IMG/VR virus record: IMGVR_UViG_3300021256_002372
Span: 1 to 64,000 of that record
Length of the DNA: 64,000 bases
Strand: one strand, 5' to 3'
Source of the DNA: a virus
Lineage: Duplodnaviria; Caudoviricetes
Shown piece after piece: positions 28,707 to 37,001 of this stretch. Below the pieces are notes generated by a model. The model saw nothing but the letters and a program-made list of their open reading frames with translations. It did not search any database and had not been told where the DNA came from. The first letter of the stretch is position 1. Each line of letters opens with the position of its first letter. The position numbers and the translations under genes are program-made.

Positions 28707-29996
28707 TTATTTTGCTAACTTGAAGAAGAACGGTCTGCCTGTATTAGGGAACACTATTACTTCACCACAATCGAGAGATGTCAGAGCATCTTCACTTACG
28801 ATTGGTACGCGCTGAATTTCTGTTAGCACATTACATAATGCATCAATGTGAGTGATCTCGCAGTCCTCGGAACCAGCTCTGCCCACAAGATTTTCAATGG
28901 TTTCCTTGTCGTGAAGATTGAAGGCCACCACATTTGAGAAGCCAGCGAGTTCCTCTGCTGCCAGATCTGCTCTACCATCATGCATCTTCATGAGTTGATT
29001 GTAGTTTTGGAAGCCGCCATAAAGTCTGCATCCTTTTGAGCGCCCGATTTCTTTTAGAGCATCGAGATACTGGAGACCTGATGAGAGAAATGCATATTCG
29101 TCGAAAATGAAGTTGGTTCGTGTCATATCGCCCTTCTTTACACATGGTCTGGAAAGAGCTTCCTTCATAGCGAGATCCAAAAGAAGGCGAATTATAGAGG
29201 CAGAAGACTCTCGTTCATTGAAGGAGTATTCGATGAATAATTTGTGTCCGTGCCCGTTACGTACAAAGTCTCGAATTGAGAAACGGCTGTCAGATGTACA
29301 GAAATTCGACCCCTTAACAAATATTTCCATCAGTACTGTTCGCATCTCCATCTTGATACCAAACGACGTAATATTTGTATTTCGGCTGATCAGATCCTGT
29401 ACGCCAAAAAGATCGGTGTGCTTCTTTACACTCTGCTCGATCTCGGCATCAGATACAGACAGTATCTTCTCAATTAGTTGATTTGTAAAGGGTATCTTAC
29501 CATTAGAGGATCGGAAAATGTGCAGCATCTGAGAATAGAACACAAGCATAGCAGCAGTCGGAAATGCTTTGTTATCGCTATGGTCAATTGCGTCCACAAA
29601 AACCATCTGTGCGAGTTCTTTCAAGGCTTGGTTTGGATGTGAGTCCAGAACGGCTTCCTTGAGCAGCGACCAGCGCACCTGATTAACCTTAGGGATATTT
29701 GGAAGGTCATACATGCTGAGAACAACATCAGTTGACGGATCAAAACATGCCTCAAGATACTCACCCTTGAGATCAAAGATGACGGTAGCACCTCGCTTGT
29801 TCTTCGCCAACTCTGCAATGCATTTTTTGATAGCTGTCGATTTACCCGTGCCAGGGCTGCCAATGAAAAGCGTTGAAAGATCAGATAAAAGCAACTCCCT
29901 AGCGATACCGTAGTGATCTTCGCCCTTCATCCGCACAGCAACTGTTTCCGGTATCGTTTCAGGTACTGCATAGATATCTTTGCTTCTAATAATCAT
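28707..29996 (-). CDS. TrwB/VirD4-like ATPase (T4CP DNA-binding domain), no TM anchor
   Basis: FIGSPGTGKS, FDLKGEY, FIFDEY, GRSKG, FQNYNQL. Confidence 0.85.
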   Translation of the reverse strand: MIIRSKDIYAVPETIPETVAVRMKGEDHYGIARELLLSDLSTLFIGSPGTGKSTAIKKCIAELAKNKRGATVIFDLKGEYLEACFDPSTDVVLSMYDLPNIPKVNQVRWSLLKEAVLDSHPNQALKELAQMVFVDAIDHSDNKAFPTAAMLVFYSQMLHIFRSSNGKIPFTNQLIEKILSVSDAEIEQSVKKHTDLFGVQDLISRNTNITSFGIKMEMRTVLMEIFVKGSNFCTSDSRFSIRDFVRNGHGHKLFIEYSFNERESSASIIRLLLDLAMKEALSRPCVKKGDMTRTNFIFDEYAFLSSGLQYLDALKEIGRSKGCRLYGGFQNYNQLMKMHDGRADLAAEELAGFSNVVAFNLHDKETIENLVGRAGSEDCEITHIDALCNVLTEIQRVPIVSEDALTSLDCGEVIVFPNTGRPFFFKLAK

Positions 29997-30007
29997 AATT
30001 TACCTCC

Positions 30008-30775
30008 TTACAGCGTGTCTGCTGCATCATCGGTATCGCTCATCACATCTGCATCACCATCGGACATATCGTCATCGACAGTATATGCATCATCCAAGGT
30101 ATTACCGCTACTCAGATCAACGCCGTCAACGTCACCGTTTCCAGGCAGTGATGCCGCTGCTTGATTTCCTTCGTTCATCTGAGCGTTGGATGTACTTGTC
30201 CACCCAGGACCGTAATCAGATATATTCATACTTTCAGCCTCCTCAAGTATTCCATAGTATTCATCCCGACTATACCCACTCCCTTTCGCCGCATCATATG
30301 AATCGGCTGCATGTTCAAGCCCTGTGTCATCCTGATACTGACTCATATCTGTATTTGTAAAGGAGCTATGGATATCTGTGGTTGTGCCATCAGGCATAGT
30401 CTCGTGGTCGTTAATCATATAGGCGTCTGGTCTGTTAGGATCGTGAGAGCAAAACGCAATTCTCTCCGTTTGAATCTCTGCACCATTGCGGACATCCTGA
30501 GTTTCTCCGCGTTCTACAGCACGGACATCTCGTGTGTTGACCTTACCGTTTTGAGCAGAGATATTTACCTCATTGGATGTTCCGTTCTGAGAGGCGGGGA
30601 CAAGATGTCCACCATGATCGTCTGGCTGTCTGCTGTCACCACCAGCATTACGTTGAATGGATGCATTCCTAGATGCCTTATCATCCTGAATATTACCACG
30701 AGCAATTGTCGTGCCGCTGTCATATACATCGTAAGTATAGCCGTTATGCTCTTCACTACGAATTATATCACTCAT
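30008..30775 (-). CDS. DNA/RNA non-specific (His-Me finger) endonuclease with acidic tail
   Basis: DHGGHLV...N..AQN..VN motif; Asp-rich C-terminus. Confidence 0.75.
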   Translation of the reverse strand: MSDIIRSEEHNGYTYDVYDSGTTIARGNIQDDKASRNASIQRNAGGDSRQPDDHGGHLVPASQNGTSNEVNISAQNGKVNTRDVRAVERGETQDVRNGAEIQTERIAFCSHDPNRPDAYMINDHETMPDGTTTDIHSSFTNTDMSQYQDDTGLEHAADSYDAAKGSGYSRDEYYGILEEAESMNISDYGPGWTSTSNAQMNEGNQAAASLPGNGDVDGVDLSSGNTLDDAYTVDDDMSDGDADVMSDTDDAADTL

Positions 30776-30871
30776 ACTTCACACCTCCATTTTGTTTTAC
30801 AGAGCATCATTCGTCATATTCTCTACGGGGGTTCGATTCTCTTGATAACAGTGGGCATAGTAACTTCTCCT

Positions 30872-31738
30872 TTACTCAATAGGAATCGGAAATTCATATG
30901 AATGGTTTCTTTCAGCATAGATTTTTTCAAGGCGCTGCTCTATCCTGGCGCACCTTCTCTGGTCACTTGGATGGCTGCTCAAAAGGCGCTCAGTGAAGGT
31001 CAGGGGCTTGCGTAATGAGGTGTCCATCGAAAGAAAACTGATAAGGTCCTCTCCATAACCGGCATCTACCGCAAAGGCATCACTGGCATACTCCTCGCTT
31101 CTGCTGATAGCCATTTCAACAGCCAAAAGCAGAGTCACGATCAAGTTACATACCCCTCTCTTTAGCGGGATGAGTAACTTGGCAAGAATCAGCCCAAACC
31201 ATCCGCTGTTCTTCGTAAAAATACCTAGTATCGCAACGAAGAATATGATAATAAACAGAAGGTAAAGCCCGGTAAAGAGGGAAAGGGAAATACCAGTTAT
31301 AAAGAAGTTGGCTCCTAAAAGCATACTAAAGTAGGAATGTCCGCATCTATAATGGTTTAACTCATGCGCCAGGACGGCACGCAGTTCTGGACCATAAAGA
31401 ATCGGTCGGTTTACAACGATGGCTTTACCGCAGTTATATGCGTTGTGAGTGTCCTCGTCTGCGATGTAGAGTTTGGCGCTATTCTTTATTTTATAACCAC
31501 ACGACTTCGCCCTCTCCTCAACTTCGCGATAAGCTGCCTCCAGAAGGTCTGCATCAGCCTTCCTGCATTTGGTGATATGCGTAGCTCCAGATTTGAAGAG
31601 CGTAACCTTCTGCCAGATAAAGAGGATTACGGGAATCACTGCGGCAGTAACGGCTGCCACAATATAGTCCTCAGTGAGCATATAGGCGAGGAGAACATCG
31701 ATCAGATACAGCCCCGCAAAAGAAATCCTTGAAAGCAT
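30872..31738 (-). CDS. M48 (HtpX-like) membrane zinc metalloprotease
   Basis: NAY, VLAHELNH, SR.EE..SD, SHP...R. Confidence 0.88.
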   Translation of the reverse strand: MLSRISFAGLYLIDVLLAYMLTEDYIVAAVTAAVIPVILFIWQKVTLFKSGATHITKCRKADADLLEAAYREVEERAKSCGYKIKNSAKLYIADEDTHNAYNCGKAIVVNRPILYGPELRAVLAHELNHYRCGHSYFSMLLGANFFITGISLSLFTGLYLLFIIIFFVAILGIFTKNSGWFGLILAKLLIPLKRGVCNLIVTLLLAVEMAISRSEEYASDAFAVDAGYGEDLISFLSMDTSLRKPLTFTERLLSSHPSDQRRCARIEQRLEKIYAERNHSYEFPIPIE

Positions 31739-31751
31739 AAGAACTCTCCTT

Positions 31752-32933
31752 TCAGTATAGCGTTATCGTGGAATAAGCATTTCCCTTCGTATTTACAATG
31801 ATTGCCTTGTTATCAGGCATTGAAGCCACATATTCAGGACGAAAATATGGGATCTCTGCAGGAACATATTGCGTTCCTTCTGTATAATTTCGACCGGTAA
31901 GCGTATCGAATACGGTGTTTGCTGTCAGACGGCGGTCAATAGTTTTGCCATAATGCTCTTCGAGCACACGTCTGGTGCCGAAAAGTCCACTGATTGCTAC
32001 TGAAGATTCGCCATTATGTGCGCCAAACACATTGATCTCGTAGAGTTTCCGAAACTGCTCGTACTGCTTGGTGTCACTGAAAATGTCATCTGTGATGTAG
32101 AGCAGGTTGTATCTGGTGTGCGTTGTGACACATGATGCCAGATCAAAGAGATTATCTGCACAAGGTACCTTGCCAGTATAGATAATCACATTCACGGGGT
32201 AATGAATATCTGCGATGTCCTTTCTGAGAGTCTCCAGCATTACCGCCGTTTTATCTGCATATACCGAATTTACATAGAGGTGACACAGTGTGTGTGACGG
32301 AAGCTGTTTGATGGAAAAACCACTTTCAGGTGCTGTTCCCAAGGTGAAATCGCATTCCGACAGGATGTTGTCAATCAATAGGTTCCCTTTGGCTGAACGC
32401 TGCAGCATCGAGAGATGCGACTTCATATCTGATGGTCTGATCTTCTGTTTCCTCACCAATTCTTCAAGAGCTTCACCGATCCGTTCAACCGAATCATAGT
32501 GACGGTTCATCTCCCGAAGGCTCTCAAACCGAAGTCCGAGCTGATCGTTGATAGTTTGGAGGAGTGAGATGTACTTGATGATCTGAACGGTCTGATCATG
32601 AGGATACCCAAGGGTGGCAGCCTTTTGCTTAATGTAGCGAACAGCCTGTCCCACATCACTTCCATAGAATGAATCATATCCGCAGACATCTGAGTCGATA
32701 TCGAATGATGCCACTTCATAATTTGAGCCACGAAAGACCGCATCCATATCATGATCCGTGAAATCTATAACGATCACAGATGTGTTTCCAGTTCCGTATG
32801 AGCTGGCAATGAATCTTGTTACAACCTGATTCCTTATCACGCTACAATTACCACTGATCAGGCAAGATGCATTTGCAAGCTGCGTGAGCTTCTCATTGGC
32901 TGCATTATAAGGAACAATCCTTCTTCTCATCAT
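31752..32933 (-). CDS. Degenerate TraD/VirD4-like protein (no intact Walker A)
   Basis: YD.F, ISGLFGT...E..G.T, C-terminal ASMPDNKAII resemble T4CP C-domain; P-loop replaced by SGNCSVIR. Confidence 0.45.
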   Translation of the reverse strand: MMRRRIVPYNAANEKLTQLANASCLISGNCSVIRNQVVTRFIASSYGTGNTSVIVIDFTDHDMDAVFRGSNYEVASFDIDSDVCGYDSFYGSDVGQAVRYIKQKAATLGYPHDQTVQIIKYISLLQTINDQLGLRFESLREMNRHYDSVERIGEALEELVRKQKIRPSDMKSHLSMLQRSAKGNLLIDNILSECDFTLGTAPESGFSIKQLPSHTLCHLYVNSVYADKTAVMLETLRKDIADIHYPVNVIIYTGKVPCADNLFDLASCVTTHTRYNLLYITDDIFSDTKQYEQFRKLYEINVFGAHNGESSVAISGLFGTRRVLEEHYGKTIDRRLTANTVFDTLTGRNYTEGTQYVPAEIPYFRPEYVASMPDNKAIIVNTKGNAYSTITLY

Positions 32934-32982
32934 GTGTGCTCCTTTCCTGGAGACGCTGAAGCGCCTCCCTAATAATTGGCTG

Positions 32983-34209
32983 TTAGTTCCAAATGTTATT
33001 AGCCTGCTCTGAATTCAGAGCAATAATCACCACCTTCCTATTAGTAGCTGCGATAGGCTCAACAAGCTGTCCGTTCTCGATGTCATTCGTAAAGAACGGG
33101 TTTGCAGGGTCATAACCGAATCCTTTGATCCTAATGTCTGTAGTCACTCCCGCATCTCTTAACAGTCGCTCAATCGCTCGTCCTCTTTCCTCAGAGAGAG
33201 TAACCGATGATTCTGCCTCACCGTATGATGCTGTAGAGCAAACGAGCAGAAGATCAATGTGGTTGGTTTCTACAGTATCTGCGAAGGAAGCTATTTTCTC
33301 TCTTGCTACGGACTCATCCTTGATTTCCGCAGTCCCAGCTTTGAAGGCAATGTCCTCTTCACCGATCGTAACCTCAAAGTCAGCAGGGAGAGTATCAGGG
33401 ACATTTTCGAGGGTGATTTCTCGGATACTGCTTCCGTCATCGCCAATAGCAACGGGAGTGACGTTCGGCGCTGATTCAAAGACTGATACCGAATCAGGGA
33501 GATAGTAATTCATGCTAAAACTGCCACCGCCTGTCTCGACAATACTTTGCCAGAGCTCGGTAAGAAGTCGCTCTTCCTTGTCTGTAAGTGTTTCCTGATT
33601 TCCCGCCGTCTTCGCCATGTAGAACTGAACTGAACACCCAGAAAGATCTGGAATCGCATATGAGGTCTTCAGGTCTTCCACAGTTGCAGCAACGTCCAGC
33701 CGGTCGAGCGAAGACAACTCGGTCATATCAAGCTTGCCCGCGGTCGAAAGACCATTGGTGTATACGATGATGGTAGGAGAGTCTTTTCCGGCCATATCCT
33801 TTGCGGCAAGATTCAGCGCTTTCAACAGATCAACCTCATCTGTCTTAGGTGTCCAAGTAGTAATACTCTCAGATACTTCGACCGCCTTGCTGTTGACTCG
33901 GCGATTATAGTTACCTGACGAGAGGTTCTTTCCATCAATGAAGATGGAATCATGATACCCGATGAACGGATCACCGTCTGCGATGATATAGCTGAAGTAC
34001 CCGTTTGACTTGCAGGCATCTGCGATAGCAGGCTGAATCTCCGCCATGTCAAGGCATACGGAATTGGAATTGGATGCATTCACGACAGCAACATTGGCAG
34101 GATACTCTGCATCCGTTATTGTTGTGTCGCCACACCCACAAAGTGACAGTCCCAGCAGTGTTGTCCCTGTAATGCACAGCATTGCTTTGATAGTATTGAT
34201 ATTTTTCAT
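32983..34209 (-). CDS. Lipoprotein with vWA-like N-domain and OmpA/MotB-like peptidoglycan-binding C-domain
   Basis: Lipobox LCGC; DLLKAL, YTNGL (MIDAS-like); F..GTAE, LSEERG, NRKV. Confidence 0.8.
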   Translation of the reverse strand: MKNINTIKAMLCITGTTLLGLSLCGCGDTTITDAEYPANVAVVNASNSNSVCLDMAEIQPAIADACKSNGYFSYIIADGDPFIGYHDSIFIDGKNLSSGNYNRRVNSKAVEVSESITTWTPKTDEVDLLKALNLAAKDMAGKDSPTIIVYTNGLSTAGKLDMTELSSLDRLDVAATVEDLKTSYAIPDLSGCSVQFYMAKTAGNQETLTDKEERLLTELWQSIVETGGGSFSMNYYLPDSVSVFESAPNVTPVAIGDDGSSIREITLENVPDTLPADFEVTIGEEDIAFKAGTAEIKDESVAREKIASFADTVETNHIDLLLVCSTASYGEAESSVTLSEERGRAIERLLRDAGVTTDIRIKGFGYDPANPFFTNDIENGQLVEPIAATNRKVVIIALNSEQANNIWN

Positions 34210-34254
34210 GGTAGGTTCCTCCTTTAGGTTGTCTTGGCTTTACCTAACACTATT

Positions 34255-34305
34255 ATCATAGCAGATAATTCTGAAATTGGATACTTCTATGTCATACAAA
34301 AAGAT
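34255..34305 (-). promoter_or_regulatory. Regulon promoter B
   Basis: ATCTTTTTGTATGACATAGA-25 bp-TATGAT (TGc). Confidence 0.65.
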
Positions 34306-34348
34306 ATTAATGCGGCAGCCATAGCAGTTCTACAACTGCCGCTCAGTA

Positions 34349-35161
34349 TCATTCCTCCTCTTCGCAAGTATCTTTGTCATCCTCATCATCCACAATGGGT
34401 GAGGGCTGCAGGCTATCAAGGACATGGCTCGGAAGTACAGCCTTGGAGAGTTCCTTTGCCGACTCGCTGTCGCCGAGTGCTGATGCAAACTTGTTCCTTG
34501 CCTCTCCTTTAGCTCGAACCGCATATGCTTTGATCAGCTCAATAGTAGCTAAATACTCATCATGATCCAGTTTTTTAAGATCGATACTCTCTCCCTGACT
34601 GAGTTCCAGCTCCCTTCCCCGTGCGCGGAGAGGAATAAGGATCTGCTCGTTGACATATGCGGCATTACGCTTGTCCCAGTGCGACTTCTGAATAGAAAGG
34701 AACAGCATGGCCAATGTAGAAGCAATAGGAATGCTGCCGAGAATCACATTAATCATGGTAGAAGAACTTGAGGACAGCTGAACAACCGTATTGCTCGTAG
34801 ATACATCACCTGTGCTGATTCTGAATGCGACCGACAATGCCGCTACAAGAGCGATAATTCCCGCAAGTGCGATACCGAAGATGATTGTTCTCTTCTTCTT
34901 CGTCATATACTCAAGCGTGGCGGGAAGCCACTGCGAGTAGAGATCGAGGACTGCAACGATGCCAAAAGAAGTAATCAGGGAAACAAGCATGTTTCCGTTC
35001 AGCACAGCATCATAAAGAGACCACAGCGCTACGAAGTCAATGGCTGTTCCAAGTACGACAATGAAGGTATAAGCGAATGCCTTGCAATAGAAAGGCGTCC
35101 CAGCCATGTACTTGTTAATTTTGTTAATGCGCTCATTTGCGCAGTTTCTTGCGTTTTTCAT
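34349..35161 (-). CDS. Four-TM membrane protein with helical C-terminus
   Basis: Hydrophobic segments; operonic. Confidence 0.75.
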   Translation of the reverse strand: MKNARNCANERINKINKYMAGTPFYCKAFAYTFIVVLGTAIDFVALWSLYDAVLNGNMLVSLITSFGIVAVLDLYSQWLPATLEYMTKKKRTIIFGIALAGIIALVAALSVAFRISTGDVSTSNTVVQLSSSSSTMINVILGSIPIASTLAMLFLSIQKSHWDKRNAAYVNEQILIPLRARGRELELSQGESIDLKKLDHDEYLATIELIKAYAVRAKGEARNKFASALGDSESAKELSKAVLPSHVLDSLQPSPIVDDEDDKDTCEEEE

Positions 35162-35163
35162 CG

Positions 35164-35580
35164 TTAATGATCCTCCTTCAATTCATTGTTGAGTTCTTCT
35201 GTTTCGCGCTCAAGAAGTTCAATGACCTCTCGGAGCTGATACAGATGAGCCTCTTTGGTAGTGGCGATTTCCATAAGAGAATGCTGGTGCCTTACACGCA
35301 TAAGCCTTATCTTACGCAGAGCGATGTGTGCCTCTGCATCAATAATCGAGTCAAGAACATCACCGTTCTGCTTTCCATCGATATCGATGCTGTTGATCGC
35401 CTCCTGAATTGTTGCCTGGAAGCTAGCAAAGAAGTCGGCATATTCATCTGGTATGTGGTATGCAGACTGCGACCACGAGCTATTGTTGTCAAGCCAGTCA
35501 ATATATGCATATCTCTTATGCGATCTAGCGTCGAAGTCGTGGCGCTGATCATCGATCTTCTCTCTTTTCTTGCTACGCAT
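35164..35580 (-). CDS. Coiled-coil hypothetical protein
   Basis: ATG 35580 after RBS aggaggg; helical heptads. Confidence 0.7.
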   Translation of the reverse strand: MRSKKREKIDDQRHDFDARSHKRYAYIDWLDNNSSWSQSAYHIPDEYADFFASFQATIQEAINSIDIDGKQNGDVLDSIIDAEAHIALRKIRLMRVRHQHSLMEIATTKEAHLYQLREVIELLERETEELNNELKEDH

Positions 35581-35581
35581 C

Positions 35582-36163
35582 TTATTCACCCTCCTTATCT
35601 GTGATTCCTGCAAATTCCTTCGCCTTTGCATGGATTGCATCATCGATAACAGCGTTCGTGGATTGGTATGCAGCGTAAGCGCTGTTCTGCTCTACAGAAT
35701 ACAGTGCCGTCAAAATCGCCTCGGCTATCGGTTTCTTGGAAAAACCGTGGGCATATGCAATTGTTTGCGCTTTCAGCTTATCCACATAGGGCAGTAATGA
35801 TTCTCTCGCCTTAACCGCTTCCTTGCGAATCGAGCCGTCAAGTGAGATCAGCTTTGCTCTGCGCTCCTCCAAGAGCTTTCTCGCTCTTTTCTGCCCCATG
35901 CTTTTCCCGTTTGGCGATTCAGCATCATCAAGATTACTCATGATGATCTGCGCCTCGCTCCGGTACTGTTCAGTACTTTCTTCGAGTGCCTTCATCATCA
36001 GCGCCGCGTAGTCGGTAAATGCTGCGATGCGCCTTGCGATGAAGGCGGCATCCTCAACCTCTCCCTTGTTGCGCTTGAACCAGCGGTCAAGCACCCCTGC
36101 CAGATAGCAGAAGAACAGGACAGAGTTGCGAAATCTTGGTTTCTTATGCTTTTTAGTTTTCAT
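35582..36163 (-). CDS. Coiled-coil hypothetical protein
   Basis: RBS ggagg; first gene after promoter D. Confidence 0.7.
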   Translation of the reverse strand: MKTKKHKKPRFRNSVLFFCYLAGVLDRWFKRNKGEVEDAAFIARRIAAFTDYAALMMKALEESTEQYRSEAQIIMSNLDDAESPNGKSMGQKRARKLLEERRAKLISLDGSIRKEAVKARESLLPYVDKLKAQTIAYAHGFSKKPIAEAILTALYSVEQNSAYAAYQSTNAVIDDAIHAKAKEFAGITDKEGE

Positions 36164-36215
36164 AAGTATCCCTCCATATCAGAAGCGTGTCGGCATATCG
36201 GTGTTCCATGGTTCC

Positions 36216-36266
36216 ATTATAAAGGATAGGAAAACAAAAATCAAAGAGCTTATAATACAAAAAGAT
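36216..36266 (-). promoter_or_regulatory. Regulon promoter D
   Basis: ATCTTTTTGTATTATAAGCT-25 bp-TATAAT; -35 TTGATT. Confidence 0.6.
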
Positions 36267-36273
36267 AAAAAAA

Positions 36274-36298
36274 GAGACCTGTCATTACAACAGGTCTC
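36274..36298 (-). terminator. Terminator after HD gene
   Basis: gagacctgt/acaggtctc + T tract. Confidence 0.7.
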
Positions 36299-36305
36299 GA
36301 ACAAG

Positions 36306-36995
36306 TTATAGTTCATGAAGTATTCGCTCAATTTCAGTAAGTTTTTTCAGCTTATGGGCTTTGGTGTCAATAATATTTCCGCCCATATACACATTATCAG
36401 ATTGTGCCATAACATCAGCTTCGCATAGTATCAAAAGATCCTTCCATATATTTATTCCATGTGATGAGGTAGGAAGATGTAGAGCGTTACGCTCAATGTG
36501 GTTGGCGATATTGTCGGTTGATATTTCAACAAGATATGGGTTTTCCTTATCATAAGGTTCATCAGGCAAAACATACGATATGAAATCATCATGATGCTCG
36601 ATATAGAAGCTGATAAGTGCTACCTCTGTTTTGCCGAAGCCTTGACACGGTAGGATTTGCTCTACAAGCTCTGCTGATTTCTTCGCATGATGATAGAAAA
36701 CAAGCCGTCCCTCTTTTTCTGTAGCAACATATGGTTTTCCTATATCATGATAGAGTGCAGCAACCTTCAAAATATCTGCAAAGGTCTTTACATCATCTAT
36801 TCTTGACAGAACCCCACTCACTGTCCGAAGTGAGTGTTCCATCAAGTCATAACAATGGTGCGGATTATTCTGCTTATATTCAACCATATTAGCGGCATCT
36901 ATTCCCAAGAGGATGCCCACCATGCGTTTATGCATATGAAGCCAATTATCCAAGGGAAAGTCTAACGAAAGAAACAGGTCTTCTTTACCAATCAT
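36306..36995 (-). CDS. HD-domain phosphohydrolase (CCA-adding/polyA-polymerase HD type)
   Basis: HH..DL.EH, LYHDIGKP, HAKKS, EHHD, EAD. Confidence 0.85.
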   Translation of the reverse strand: MIGKEDLFLSLDFPLDNWLHMHKRMVGILLGIDAANMVEYKQNNPHHCYDLMEHSLRTVSGVLSRIDDVKTFADILKVAALYHDIGKPYVATEKEGRLVFYHHAKKSAELVEQILPCQGFGKTEVALISFYIEHHDDFISYVLPDEPYDKENPYLVEISTDNIANHIERNALHLPTSSHGINIWKDLLILCEADVMAQSDNVYMGGNIIDTKAHKLKKLTEIERILHEL

Positions 36996-37001
36996 ATCGG
37001 A

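Noticed and set aside
30823-30858. Mini-ORF MPTVIKRIEPP with a good RBS between the M48 and nuclease genes
   Set aside because: Only 11 codons and no supporting evidence; may be a decayed gene start.
24313-32933. Conjugative T4SS module
   Set aside because: No VirB4, VirB6/TcpH or cell-wall hydrolase, and the VirD4-like proteins lack TM anchors.
32983-35161. Zorya (ZorA/ZorB) system
   Set aside because: The OmpA protein is a lipoprotein with a vWA-like domain, not a single-TM MotB; no ZorA tail or ZorC/D/E recognised.
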